This document shows positions 9,582 to 19,163 of a DNA stretch of 64,000 nucleotides, piece by piece. Made by a program: the position numbers and the translations under genes. The stretch is taken from contig CAZSKP010000008.1 in the NCBI GenBank assembly GCA_964607485.1, forward strand, positions 64,001-128,000. Direction: 5' to 3'. The notes beneath the pieces were generated by a model. It worked only from the letters and a program-made list of their open reading frames with translations. It was not told the DNA's origin and ran no database searches. Source of the stretch: an uncultured bacterium (GTDB lineage: Bacteria; Abyssobacteria; SURF-5). Position 1 is the stretch's first letter. Each line of letters opens with the position of its first letter.

Positions 9582-11678
9582 ATGAGCACGCTTGTCTACT
9601 ATCTGAAATACTTCGTTTACATCATCCTTTTCCTTCTCTCCACCTGCGGGATAATCGAACGTCCATCGGACACTGGGGAAGTTTGGGAAGTCCGCAAAGC
9701 CCAGTGGACCGCCCGGCAGCAGGAGCTTGCCACCCTGAAGCCGCCGTATACCGAGTGGGATTGGGAGAAGAAGCCCGACAGTTCGAGGCTCACGATTCAA
9801 AACGCGGTCTGGGCGATCACCAAGCAGGTTGGAAAAAAGTACAACCATCAGAAATCCCACAAGAACACCTACCCGATATGCCGCCAGTGGATCCAGCCGG
9901 ACTTTGAGAACAAGCCATGGAAAGAGGCGGTGGCGGATATTCTCGCTCCGTACGGTCTGACCTATTTCATGGAGGGTAACACGGTTGTGTTGATAAAGGT
10001 CGAAGACGCGGCGAAGAGAGACGCGATGCTGCGGGCGCTGTCCGAGGATATCGCGCGCTTCGTGTCGTCCGACTCCGAGCCGCCGCGGCTGCACGACGCC
10101 GTCATCGTTTTCCCCCTGCTGGACGAAAGCGGGAAGACGACGGAGCTGGGTATGCTGCTCTCGGAGCTTGGGATGTTGAAAGCGACTTACACTCCCCACA
10201 AGATGTTCAATCTGCACGTGCCCTCTATCATTGCGCCGAGGCTGAGCAGCCTTTACAGCGACGTGGGATTCGAGGAAGCGGGAAAACCTCTCACGCCGGA
10301 ATATCGCAAGAGAATCATGGCCCGGTTCGGCGCGAACGACTCGGCCGTCGGGACACTGGAGCTCGCCGCCGACGGCTCATTCCGCGTCGTGTTGAGCTTC
10401 GAGGGAGAACACGGAAACAGAGAGTTTTCCACGAGCGGCCCGAAGGGCGAGCTCTATCACGTGCCGCAATGGATAGCACGCTGCGTCCATGAATATTGCG
10501 GGATGGACCTGTCTCCCGCGCAACAGGAGTACGTGAACAGGCCCGACCTCAGCGACACCGCCGCTCTATTCGAGTTGCTCGAGCTGGAAACTCAATACAA
10601 GGCCGGCAGGAAGAACCGCGAGCCCTGGAGAGTCTTCCTGAGATTCAATCCCCGTTCCATATTCGCGCTCTACCGCTACTACCTTGTCTCCACAGGAGAG
10701 AAGCAGGACGACTCGTTGAATTACATAACCGGGGCTTTGAGAGATGGAGGGGGCCATGAGCTCCTGAGGTTCCTCGAGGCGGACTGGTATCGCTCCGACG
10801 ACGACGACGAGAATGCTGTTCCGAAGTTCCTCGAACTCCTGAAAACCGACTATCGGAACGAAGAGCTCTACCAAAGGATGGACGGAGACCTGATGAATCT
10901 CGGCCTGGGCGAGAGCGCTGTGTCGCTTTACGACTTCTGGAGGACGCACGAGCCCGATTCGTACCTGCCACTTCTGGAGGAGGGCGTTTTCTACGTGAAT
11001 TACGCCTGGCACGCGCGCGGAAGCGGGTGGGCATGGACGGTCACCGAAGACGGCTGGAAAAAATTCCGCGAACGCCTCCCGCAGGCCGAGGAATATCTCT
11101 CGCGCTCATGCGAACTCAATACGACCGACCCGCGCGCTCCCACCGAACTCATGATAGTCGCCAGAGGGTTGGGGTACGGCCGCGGGCAAATGGAGAAGTG
11201 GTTTAAGAGGGCTGTCGAGGCATACCCGCCGCATTACGATGCATACAGAATGAAGCTCACCTACCTGATGCCCAAATGGGGCGGCAGCCGTGAGGAAATG
11301 TTTGCCTTTGCGAGAAAGTGTGCGGCCAATCCGCCTGAAGGGTCGCGCGTGGCGATGATGCTGCTTGAAGCGCACGAGCAAATGTCCTATGACTTGGGTG
11401 ACTATGAGAGAGACTGGGCGAAATACTACGAGAATCCCGAAGTCTGGAGGGAACTCAAGGGGATGTACGAGAAGTATCTGCTCGAGCATCCCGAATCCGT
11501 GTGGGACAGGAACTTTTTCGCAAAATACTCATTCTACGCGCACGACTACGGGGAGGCGGTGCGCCAGTTCCAGCTCATCGGCACGGATATTGAAAAGCGC
11601 TGTTGGGGTTCGGACAGATATTACTACCAGTGCAGGGCCGAGGCTTACGCGAAGGCGGGGGGCGGGCAGCGTCGCTGA
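9582..11678 (+). CDS. DUF4034/TPR-like secreted or membrane-anchored protein
   Basis: YAWHARGSGWAWTV, PKWGGSREEMFAFAR motifs typical of DUF4034; short STN-like segment near N-term. Confidence 0.75.
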   Translation: MSTLVYYLKYFVYIILFLLSTCGIIERPSDTGEVWEVRKAQWTARQQELATLKPPYTEWDWEKKPDSSRLTIQNAVWAITKQVGKKYNHQKSHKNTYPICRQWIQPDFENKPWKEAVADILAPYGLTYFMEGNTVVLIKVEDAAKRDAMLRALSEDIARFVSSDSEPPRLHDAVIVFPLLDESGKTTELGMLLSELGMLKATYTPHKMFNLHVPSIIAPRLSSLYSDVGFEEAGKPLTPEYRKRIMARFGANDSAVGTLELAADGSFRVVLSFEGEHGNREFSTSGPKGELYHVPQWIARCVHEYCGMDLSPAQQEYVNRPDLSDTAALFELLELETQYKAGRKNREPWRVFLRFNPRSIFALYRYYLVSTGEKQDDSLNYITGALRDGGGHELLRFLEADWYRSDDDDENAVPKFLELLKTDYRNEELYQRMDGDLMNLGLGESAVSLYDFWRTHEPDSYLPLLEEGVFYVNYAWHARGSGWAWTVTEDGWKKFRERLPQAEEYLSRSCELNTTDPRAPTELMIVARGLGYGRGQMEKWFKRAVEAYPPHYDAYRMKLTYLMPKWGGSREEMFAFARKCAANPPEGSRVAMMLLEAHEQMSYDLGDYERDWAKYYENPEVWRELKGMYEKYLLEHPESVWDRNFFAKYSFYAHDYGEAVRQFQLIGTDIEKRCWGSDRYYYQCRAEAYAKAGGGQRR

Positions 11679-11743
11679 GCGGCTGCCGCGCCGACGACGA
11701 ATTCGGCGACGCCCGCCAAGATCGAAATCCAGGGGAGGGCCAA

Positions 11744-13423
11744 GTGAACCAAAATACTTCCGCAACTATGTCGTCGGCAAGCATGCACGACGGATACCTG
11801 TCTGAGGAGGCCAAGCGGAAGTTCAGCATCACGGCGGGCATCCTCGGCGCGGCGTTCTTCTTCCTGCAGATGTTCGCGCCGTTCTTCGCGATGATGCTCA
11901 TCTTTCCCGCCCTTTTCCTCGGCGCTTTTCAGTTTCGGGAGTACGACCTCGACGGCGCGGCGGTGTTCGACAACCACCTTTATTTCTTTGTCGAGGACGT
12001 CGGTCCGAGCGCGGGCAAAGAACCCTCCAAACTGATGCGGCTCGACCTGAGCAAGATTCCGGCAACCGAGGCGCGGGATAAATCCTGGTGGATGCTCCCC
12101 GGGTCCGCTCGCGCACGGCAGCCGGAGCCGGAGGAAGTCGCAGAGCTGAGCGGCAAATCTCTCTCGATTCTCGCGAATGGGAAGAAACTGCTGGTGCTAT
12201 CCGGGTCGGAGATGTGGGAGCTGAGGGATGGAAAGCTCGTCACGGTCGGCTCCTACGCTTCGCTTGGCAACTTCTCGCGGCCGTTTTACTACGAGGGACT
12301 GCCGGCCGTCGTGCAGAGCCGGCCCAACGCGCTCTTCCTGGACGTGTTCAGGGACGGAGAATGGGACAAGAGTATCCTCGATCTCAAGAAGAACCCGCAG
12401 TTCGGCACTATCGGTCGATACCTGCAGGTCGTAACGATAGACGGCGCAAGCCATGTGTTCCTGAGAGACGGCAAGGTACTCTTTCACCGGGTCGGCTTTC
12501 CGTCCGGGAGTTCCGAACATCTCGGCGACGACTGGCAGACTGTGGGCTTTCCGGAATGCGGGTGGCGGAGCTTTGTGTCGGATGGAAAACCCGCCGTCCT
12601 GCTTCGGGACAAGAAGGGGCTGAGCGGAGTCCGCCTGGAGGGGGGGAGATGGTCTGAATTTTTCAAAGTCTCCGCCGGTCCCTCGGTCGAAGGTTTCTTC
12701 CCGCTGCCTCCCGTCGGCGGCCACGTGAGGATTGCAGTCTCACACATGCCGTTTTCGTTCGCGGTGTATTCCATCGAAGGGAACCGGTTGATTCTGAACG
12801 GCCGGATAGGCAGAGGGTTTCCTTTCCCGCCTGGGTTCATGGCGGTAATGTTCGTTCCTCACCTCGCGAACCTCATGTTTCCGATCATACTCGCCTTCAT
12901 CCTTTCCGGTCTGATGCTGCGCTACCGCGTGTCGGCTCACTCGTACGGCGGGGAGACGGCGCCGTACGCGTCGCTGATAAGGCGGGCGTTCGCGCAGGTG
13001 GTGGACGGCGTCATTCTTGTGGCCGGAATGCTCCCCTTCATCATCCATATTTTCCACGCGTTCGACACGCTCAGCACCAACATGGACGCGCCGTTCTTTC
13101 CCGTTTATTTCCTGACGACCTTCCTGCTCAGCTTCATCTGGCCGATCATCCTGCTGTTTGTATTCAGCGCCACCGAGGGAATTTGGGGGATAACTCCCGG
13201 CAAGTGGCTGCTCGGGATACGGGTGGTCGGCACCGACCTGAAACCGTGCGGATTCTGGCGCGCCCTGCTGAGAAATTTCCTGAAGGTGGTCGATGGATTC
13301 TTCAATTTCATGGTCGGCATACTCATCGTGGCTTTTACCAAAGACTGGCAGCGCGTGGGCGATATGGCCGCCCGGACTATCGTGATACGTAGGGCGCCCA
13401 GGCAGCCGAAAGAAGCGGCGTAG
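11744..13423 (+). CDS. RDD family membrane protein with large extracytoplasmic domain
   Basis: RRAFAQVVD, GITPGKWLLGIRVV, QRVGDMAARTIV; GTG start after GGGGAGGG. Confidence 0.85.
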   Translation: MNQNTSATMSSASMHDGYLSEEAKRKFSITAGILGAAFFFLQMFAPFFAMMLIFPALFLGAFQFREYDLDGAAVFDNHLYFFVEDVGPSAGKEPSKLMRLDLSKIPATEARDKSWWMLPGSARARQPEPEEVAELSGKSLSILANGKKLLVLSGSEMWELRDGKLVTVGSYASLGNFSRPFYYEGLPAVVQSRPNALFLDVFRDGEWDKSILDLKKNPQFGTIGRYLQVVTIDGASHVFLRDGKVLFHRVGFPSGSSEHLGDDWQTVGFPECGWRSFVSDGKPAVLLRDKKGLSGVRLEGGRWSEFFKVSAGPSVEGFFPLPPVGGHVRIAVSHMPFSFAVYSIEGNRLILNGRIGRGFPFPPGFMAVMFVPHLANLMFPIILAFILSGLMLRYRVSAHSYGGETAPYASLIRRAFAQVVDGVILVAGMLPFIIHIFHAFDTLSTNMDAPFFPVYFLTTFLLSFIWPIILLFVFSATEGIWGITPGKWLLGIRVVGTDLKPCGFWRALLRNFLKVVDGFFNFMVGILIVAFTKDWQRVGDMAARTIVIRRAPRQPKEAA

Positions 13424-13539
13424 GCCGGCCGAAGCAAAGTGACCTATTACCCTGCATTTGGCTCTTTACCTCAGGAAAGATATAATTTCAGAACACTTGT
13501 GTCCTGATCTCATTCTCCCAACAACAAAGCGAGGCCAAC

Positions 13540-14223
13540 ATGAATGCATTTCCCTCCAAGCAAAATGATAGTAATGCCAAGAGTGCCAAAAATGAGGAAT
13601 CTACATATACTAGCCGTACGCATAATAAGAATGATGAAATAGCCCAATGCAATAAGAAAGAAAGCAAGCACAAACAGAAGGTAAGCTGGCCAGATTGGAT
13701 TGTTGCCATCTGTACTATCGTCATCGTCGCTATCATGTTCTTCTATACTAAGTTTGCCGCCCAACAGGTCGATGAAACAAGGCGAGCAATAAAGCAGGTA
13801 GGGGAACAATTTGCTTTGGGCCAACGCCCTTGGTTGCACGTTGAACCGGCGGGCGGCTACCCAGCAAGAGGGCAACCGACACAAATCGCCATAATTGTTA
13901 AAAACGCTGGCAAGACTCCTGCCTACAATGTAACTAGCGCCATAATTTGTGAAAAAAATACTGTGCCTGATTATGCTAAGGAAAACAGCGAGCCGGAACC
14001 GCAATTGATAATACAGCCCGGGCAATCGAGGTGGATTAAAAAAGATTCCAATTTCGCTGAAAATGTTCTCGCCGATGCAGAGCATTTCTATGTTCACGGC
14101 ATTATTAGGTATAGCGATATGTTCGAGAAAGACCATTGGATTACCTTCTGCTTTATCTATGACACCAGAGCACATGATTTCTATACCACATATAAAGAAC
14201 ACAACGACATAGACAGTAATTGA
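13540..14223 (+). CDS. Hypothetical single-TM protein (AT-rich, probably acquired)
   Basis: RBS GAGG, 227-aa ORF, one hydrophobic helix then QRPWL..VKNAGKTPAYNV..GIIRYSDMF; composition much more AT-rich than flanks. Confidence 0.7.
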   Translation: MNAFPSKQNDSNAKSAKNEESTYTSRTHNKNDEIAQCNKKESKHKQKVSWPDWIVAICTIVIVAIMFFYTKFAAQQVDETRRAIKQVGEQFALGQRPWLHVEPAGGYPARGQPTQIAIIVKNAGKTPAYNVTSAIICEKNTVPDYAKENSEPEPQLIIQPGQSRWIKKDSNFAENVLADAEHFYVHGIIRYSDMFEKDHWITFCFIYDTRAHDFYTTYKEHNDIDSN

Positions 14224-14286
14224 TCGCTTTATCATTCCCGATACCTCCCGCTTTCAAAGTGACCCACTGCCGGCCGAAGAGTTCGC

Positions 14287-14315
14287 TTGACAGGTAATTG
14301 ACGCAGTGGTATACT
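14287..14315 (+). promoter_or_regulatory. sigma70-type promoter
   Basis: TTGACA-17 nt-TATACT upstream of 14434. Confidence 0.7.
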
Positions 14316-14433
14316 GTGGTCTCTAGCACGGTAGGTAAACGTCGACTCGAAGACGCAGGGGGGATCAGTCGGCGCCCGCACATTCCATCGACTTTTCCAC
14401 AGGCTGCACTCCCACGTCATTCTGTTTGACAGC

Positions 14434-15102
14434 ATGCAAGGATTGGGCAAGAGGGTAGTCATTCTGGCGGCGTTCGGCGCGGGGTTTGCATTGGTGCTCC
14501 TCGTGGCGATGGCCATCCAGGCGGCTCTTCGCACCGCCCGCCCCTCTTTGGGCCGAAAAACCCCCGCAACCAGCGTGAAGAGCGAATCGACCCGGCCGGC
14601 TCCTCTCGCGCTGCCCCCGGCCACCCCCGCAGCGCCGACGCCCAACCAAAACACTGCAACAAACGAACAGGCGTCTCTTCCACCCGAGGAAACCGAAGAA
14701 GCCGCGACGCTGGAGCAGGTGTTTCATTCGACTGATGGGAGCGAAAATGGCGAGATCGACCAGGCGCAGATCGAGCGGTCGCTTCGCGCCTTCGTCGAGC
14801 AGAGCCGCCCGCGGCTGAAATTGTCCGACGCGGATTATGAGCGGCTGGCGGGTTCGATCATGAAGTTTCGCGAGGCGAACGTGAGGATGCGTTCGATGGA
14901 GCGGACGGGTATGAACTCGGCGGGCTTCAGGCAAGCCCTCGATGACGTGAATGAGGCGACGGACGAATTTGTGCGGATAACGGGCATGTCGCCCGGCGAG
15001 TTCTTCGTGGGCAAGGACGCGCCAGTCAAGTTTGGAGACGACCCAAGGGGCGCAATTGACGATGAAGTTGTCACGGAATATCTTCCTGAGAGCAAGCCTT
15101 AG
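14434..15102 (+). CDS. Hypothetical membrane-anchored protein
   Basis: N-terminal TM helix, Pro/Ala linker, helical C-domain; overlaps next gene. Confidence 0.65.
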   Translation: MQGLGKRVVILAAFGAGFALVLLVAMAIQAALRTARPSLGRKTPATSVKSESTRPAPLALPPATPAAPTPNQNTATNEQASLPPEETEEAATLEQVFHSTDGSENGEIDQAQIERSLRAFVEQSRPRLKLSDADYERLAGSIMKFREANVRMRSMERTGMNSAGFRQALDDVNEATDEFVRITGMSPGEFFVGKDAPVKFGDDPRGAIDDEVVTEYLPESKP

Positions 15103-16120
15103 CGCAGTCCTGGCGCTGCCACTGTTCTTGTTGCCGGCCAGGGCCTCGGCCGGGAAGGAGACGATTGCGACTCTGAACGGTGAGCCGATCACCCGCGAGC
15201 AGGTCGAGCAGCGCACCGCCACGAAACTGTACAGGTTGAGATGGGAGATATACGACACGCTCAAGACCGAGGCCGAAAAACTGGTCGATGAGCGCCTGCT
15301 GGCCGAGGAGGCGAAACGCCGGGGCGTGAGTGTCGAGGAACTGTTGCATGTCGAGGTCGAGCAAGGGATGCAGCCGGCCACCGACGAGCAAATAGACGCC
15401 TACATCGAGGAACAGCAGATTTCAGACAAGCCCGACGAAGAAGTACGCGCCCGAATCGCCACGTACCTGACCGAACGCGCCAAGATTCAGAAGAAGCTCG
15501 ACTTCCTCGAGGAGCTTCGCAAGAAGTCCGATTACCGGTTCCTGCTCGAGCCGCCCGAGCGCCCGCGCGTGCGGGTGAGCGTGGACGACGACCCGGTGAG
15601 AGGAAGCCCCGACGCGCCCGTCACGATCATCCATTTTGCCAGCTTATCGTGCGACCACTGCGCCGAGAGCGCGCGCAAGATCAAGCGGTTGACCGAGGAA
15701 TTTCCGGGACTCATCCGATGGGTCCACCGCGATTTCCTGAACCCGTTTGATGAACGCGGCCTCAAGGCGGCGGAGGCCGGCGAGACGGCACACGCTCAGG
15801 GCAAGTTCTGGGAGTTTCACGACTACGTCTATTCGCTCCATGGCGATTTCGCTCCGGAGGACCTCGGCAAGATGCTCGAAGCGGTGGGGGTTGACGCTTC
15901 CCAATACGAGCAGGCGCTGAAAGACGCGCGGTATATTCTCGAGATAAAGCACGACATCGAGGATGGAGTGCAGGCCGGTGTGACAGGGGTGCCGACGATT
16001 TTCATAAACGGCCGCTACACAAGCGGCACGTTTCCGTACGAGCAACTCAAGCAAATGGTCGAGGAAGAACTGCAGGCCGCAAGCCCGAAGGCGGAGAAGG
16101 AGGCCGAGTCTCTGCCTTAG
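15062..16120 (+). CDS. DsbA-family thioredoxin-fold protein with N-terminal helical domain
   Basis: Signal peptide; GSPDAPVTII, CDHC, GKFWEFHD, GVTGVPTIFING. Confidence 0.9.
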   Translation: MKLSRNIFLRASLSAVLALPLFLLPARASAGKETIATLNGEPITREQVEQRTATKLYRLRWEIYDTLKTEAEKLVDERLLAEEAKRRGVSVEELLHVEVEQGMQPATDEQIDAYIEEQQISDKPDEEVRARIATYLTERAKIQKKLDFLEELRKKSDYRFLLEPPERPRVRVSVDDDPVRGSPDAPVTIIHFASLSCDHCAESARKIKRLTEEFPGLIRWVHRDFLNPFDERGLKAAEAGETAHAQGKFWEFHDYVYSLHGDFAPEDLGKMLEAVGVDASQYEQALKDARYILEIKHDIEDGVQAGVTGVPTIFINGRYTSGTFPYEQLKQMVEEELQAASPKAEKEAESLP

Positions 16121-16285
16121 CGCAACGCCGCGCGGATGATTAGCGGCTTTCCTCGGCATACGGTTGCGACGGGCCACTGCGCGCCGCAGTGGAGAAAGGG
16201 GGGATCGACAGGAAGAACTCTCGTTTCATTCCGTTTGTTCCGTTCTCAAGGCCTTTCTTCTGGAACAACGAAAGGAGACCTACCG

Positions 16286-17191
16286 ATGACATTTCGTGAT
16301 TTACGCAGGACGAACACCGGCATAGTCTTTCTCCTCATCCTGACCGTCACGCTGGTGTTCGCATTCACCACAACCGCTTATGCAAAAGACCCGCAGCTCG
16401 TTCCCAAACGCCTCAGCTCCACGGGCGACAGCATCAGCGCGGGAATCGACGTGGAGTATTACGGCCAGAACGCCAACGCGAGCTGGGTCAACGGCTACTA
16501 CGGTTTCTGGCAATGGCTCTTCGGGCTCACCAATGTCAACAGCCACAACCAGCGAATCACGGCCAAATATGGCAGGTGGGGGCGCGCGAACTATATGGAT
16601 GCCGTCAGCGGCGCCGACATGTTCGACTTCCCCGCACAGACCGCCCAGGCCGCGAGCCAGAGCGCTCAGTATGTGACCGTTTTCATGGGACACAACGACG
16701 TGTGCCAGAATCATCCATGGGAGATTCCTTCCGACGATGTGTTCGAGGCGAACTTCCGCGCCGGAATGGAGAACCTGAAAAACGGTCTGCCCCATGGCGC
16801 GACGGTCTATGTGCTGGCAATCGTTGACATCAAGCAGCTCTACGAGGAAGCGAAGGACAAGAAGGCGCTCGGAATCGTGGACTGCGAAGTGCTATGGGCC
16901 ACCTCGCTGCTGGGCTGGTTCCCCTGCGGCACGATGCTCAGCCCGCTCAACACAGAGGCCGACCGCCTGGCGACCCGCGCGCGGATCGAGGGATTCAACG
17001 ACATATTAGAGACAGTGACGAACGAGTATCAGGCCAATGATTCGCACCATCACTACTGTTTCACGGAACTCCCCTTCCTCTATCCGTTCATAGAGAGCGA
17101 TGTGTCCGACCTCGACTGTTTCCATCCGTCGGCACAGGGACAGACCACCCTCTCGCGCGAGACATGGCAAATCGGTCCGTTCGGCCCGTAA
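16286..17191 (+). CDS. Secreted SGNH/GDSL hydrolase
   Basis: GDSIS, MGHND, DCFHPS; RBS AAAGGAG. Confidence 0.85.
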   Translation: MTFRDLRRTNTGIVFLLILTVTLVFAFTTTAYAKDPQLVPKRLSSTGDSISAGIDVEYYGQNANASWVNGYYGFWQWLFGLTNVNSHNQRITAKYGRWGRANYMDAVSGADMFDFPAQTAQAASQSAQYVTVFMGHNDVCQNHPWEIPSDDVFEANFRAGMENLKNGLPHGATVYVLAIVDIKQLYEEAKDKKALGIVDCEVLWATSLLGWFPCGTMLSPLNTEADRLATRARIEGFNDILETVTNEYQANDSHHHYCFTELPFLYPFIESDVSDLDCFHPSAQGQTTLSRETWQIGPFGP

Positions 17192-17232
17192 GGGAGAAGA
17201 GACGGAAGCAGGCTGGAAACTGCATCATGACG

Positions 17233-17266
17233 AGAGGCGCCGCCACCCGCGGCGCCTCTTTTCTTG
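17233..17266 (+). terminator. Intrinsic terminator
   Basis: AGAGGCGCCGC/GCGGCGCCTCT 11-bp stem followed by TTTCTT. Confidence 0.7.
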
Positions 17267-17285
17267 TCCGCTATCCTCGAATTCT

Positions 17286-17883
17286 TCAGACTTCCCACGG
17301 TTTCTTTGGTTCCACCTTTCCCGCAGATGGATTCTCGGGATCGCTTTCCCAACAAAGAGGATTGTCGATGATGTACCGGCGAATGCGATTGAATTCTTCA
17401 TCGTTGCGGACAATGTGTTCGTAGTAATTGCGCTGCCACAGCCTGTCTGGGAACGATTTCCAGCCGCATTCGGCAATTCCTCGACGATACCGTGCGGTAG
17501 TCAGTGATTTGAAACGATGAACAACAAGGGGCAAGGACATCTTTGTAGGGGCAGGCCCCAAATCATCCGCCGAATCTGTCGTAGGGGCCTGCCCCTACAA
17601 CGGATTCAGTCAGTGGTTTGATAAAGATGATGCCGTGAAGATGGTTAGACATGATTACAACCGCGTCGATATCAATGCCCGGATAGTATTGCGGCAAATC
17701 GTGCCACACAGAATGCACCATCGCTCCAATTTCATTCAATATCGTCTGGCCATCCACAATCTTCCCGAACAAGCATCGACGCTGCCGCGCACAAATCGTC
17801 ACGAAGTATGCTCCCGCCTGCGAATAATCGAAATCTTTCAGTCGGATGGACCGGCGACGATGCTTCGGCGGGTCAGGAATCAT
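17286..17883 (-). pseudogene. REP-associated tyrosine transposase (RAYT, Y1 HUH family), frameshifted
   Basis: RRSIRLKDFDYSQAGAYFVTIC, MSNHLHGII (HUH) in 17563-17883; LWQRNYYEHIVRN..RYIIDNP in 17286-17561 in a different frame; break lies in an internal GTAG palindrome. Confidence 0.9.
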
Positions 17884-17928
17884 TCGGAAGATTCCCTTTG
17901 TAGGATTGACGCGTGCGAGTGAAGATTC

Positions 17929-19014
17929 TCAATACTTCCCGTATTTCCTGGCGGCGCGGACCATGGCGAGGTAGTTTTCGGGCTTGCATCCGGGGTGGAT
18001 GGTGTTCGACGAGGTCATGATGTATCCGCCGCCGGGCGCCGCGTCTTCGATGGCCTTCCTGACCGCGCGCTCGACCTCGTCCTCGGTTCCCCACGGCAGG
18101 AGTTCCGAGCAGTCGATGTTTCCCAGCAGGCAGATCTTATCGCCGCAGTGCTGCTTTACCTTCTTGAGATCCATTCCGCCCTGGGGCTGAAGCGGATGGA
18201 TTCCGTCGAACCCGATCTCCACGAGCCGGTCGAGTATCGGCCAGAGGTTGCCGTCGGAGTGTTTGAGGGCCTTGGCGCCTTTTTGATGAACGACCTCGAC
18301 GAGTTCCTTCATATAGGGCCCGATGAACTCATCGAACTGCGCGGGCGACATCATCGTGTTCGCGTTGAAGGCAATGTCGTCCTCAAACACGACCGCATCG
18401 ACGCCGGCATCGAGAGCCTCGGTGATTTGCTGCTTGTGGTAGTCGGTCGACATGCGGGCGAGCTCGTGGACGAGCTTCGGATTCTCGATATAATCCATCA
18501 ACAGGTGATCGAGGCCGCCTCGCAATCCCCAGCTATATCGAAAACAGTCGTGCGAGCAGAACACGATTGCGGTCTCGTCCTTGAACCGCGCCTTCACCAT
18601 GCTGAGCATCATCAGGTCAACGTCGGGGTCGGTTTTCGGAGGGCTGTAACTCTTCAGGTCCGACGGCGACTTTATCGGGCCGTCCATCGGGAAGGCGAGT
18701 CCGAAGGGATTGCGCTTGTAGGTGATGCCCCACTTGTCTTTGAAGCAGCCTTCGCCCAGCGGCTCCTCCTGCTCGAGAACCCGTGCGGAGATTCCCTCGA
18801 TCTCAAGCTCTTCGATGAAAAGCGAGAGCGCCTCGAATATCATCAGGAGCTCATCCGGGGTCATGTCGGCGACCGATTTCATCGGAGGGAGCCTGTCGGT
18901 GAAGTGCCGTGCGATGCCGATTATGCTCGATTCGTTGTAGGCCAGTTCGAACAGAGGCACCCTGTCGGGCTGCTCGAGATTGAGCGCAGCCAGAATCCTC
19001 TCTTTTCCGGTCAT
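17929..19014 (-). CDS. Uroporphyrinogen decarboxylase / MtaA-CmuA methyltransferase family protein
   Basis: MTGKERILAAL..PDRVP, EDDIAF, KHSDGN, GNID, GGGYIMTSSNTI. Confidence 0.85.
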   Translation of the reverse strand: MTGKERILAALNLEQPDRVPLFELAYNESSIIGIARHFTDRLPPMKSVADMTPDELLMIFEALSLFIEELEIEGISARVLEQEEPLGEGCFKDKWGITYKRNPFGLAFPMDGPIKSPSDLKSYSPPKTDPDVDLMMLSMVKARFKDETAIVFCSHDCFRYSWGLRGGLDHLLMDYIENPKLVHELARMSTDYHKQQITEALDAGVDAVVFEDDIAFNANTMMSPAQFDEFIGPYMKELVEVVHQKGAKALKHSDGNLWPILDRLVEIGFDGIHPLQPQGGMDLKKVKQHCGDKICLLGNIDCSELLPWGTEDEVERAVRKAIEDAAPGGGYIMTSSNTIHPGCKPENYLAMVRAARKYGKY

Positions 19015-19163
19015 CGTGTCTCCTCTTTTCTTCGGAGATCCTGAAAGCGGGCACGCTCATTATATCACCCTCATGGGATTTGTCAATTTCCCCCATCACA
19101 TATTATAATGTCGATACTTTTCAATTCAGGAGATTCACTGTTGGAGCAAAAGAGAGGTCTCAC

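Noticed and set aside
13510-14235. Minus-strand 241-aa ORF over the AT-rich gene
   Set aside because: The plus-strand ORF has an RBS and a coherent TM-plus-domain layout; the minus ORF looks like its shadow
17563-17565. Selenocysteine or stop read-through joining the RAYT halves
   Set aside because: The downstream half is in a different frame, so read-through of TGA would not restore the protein
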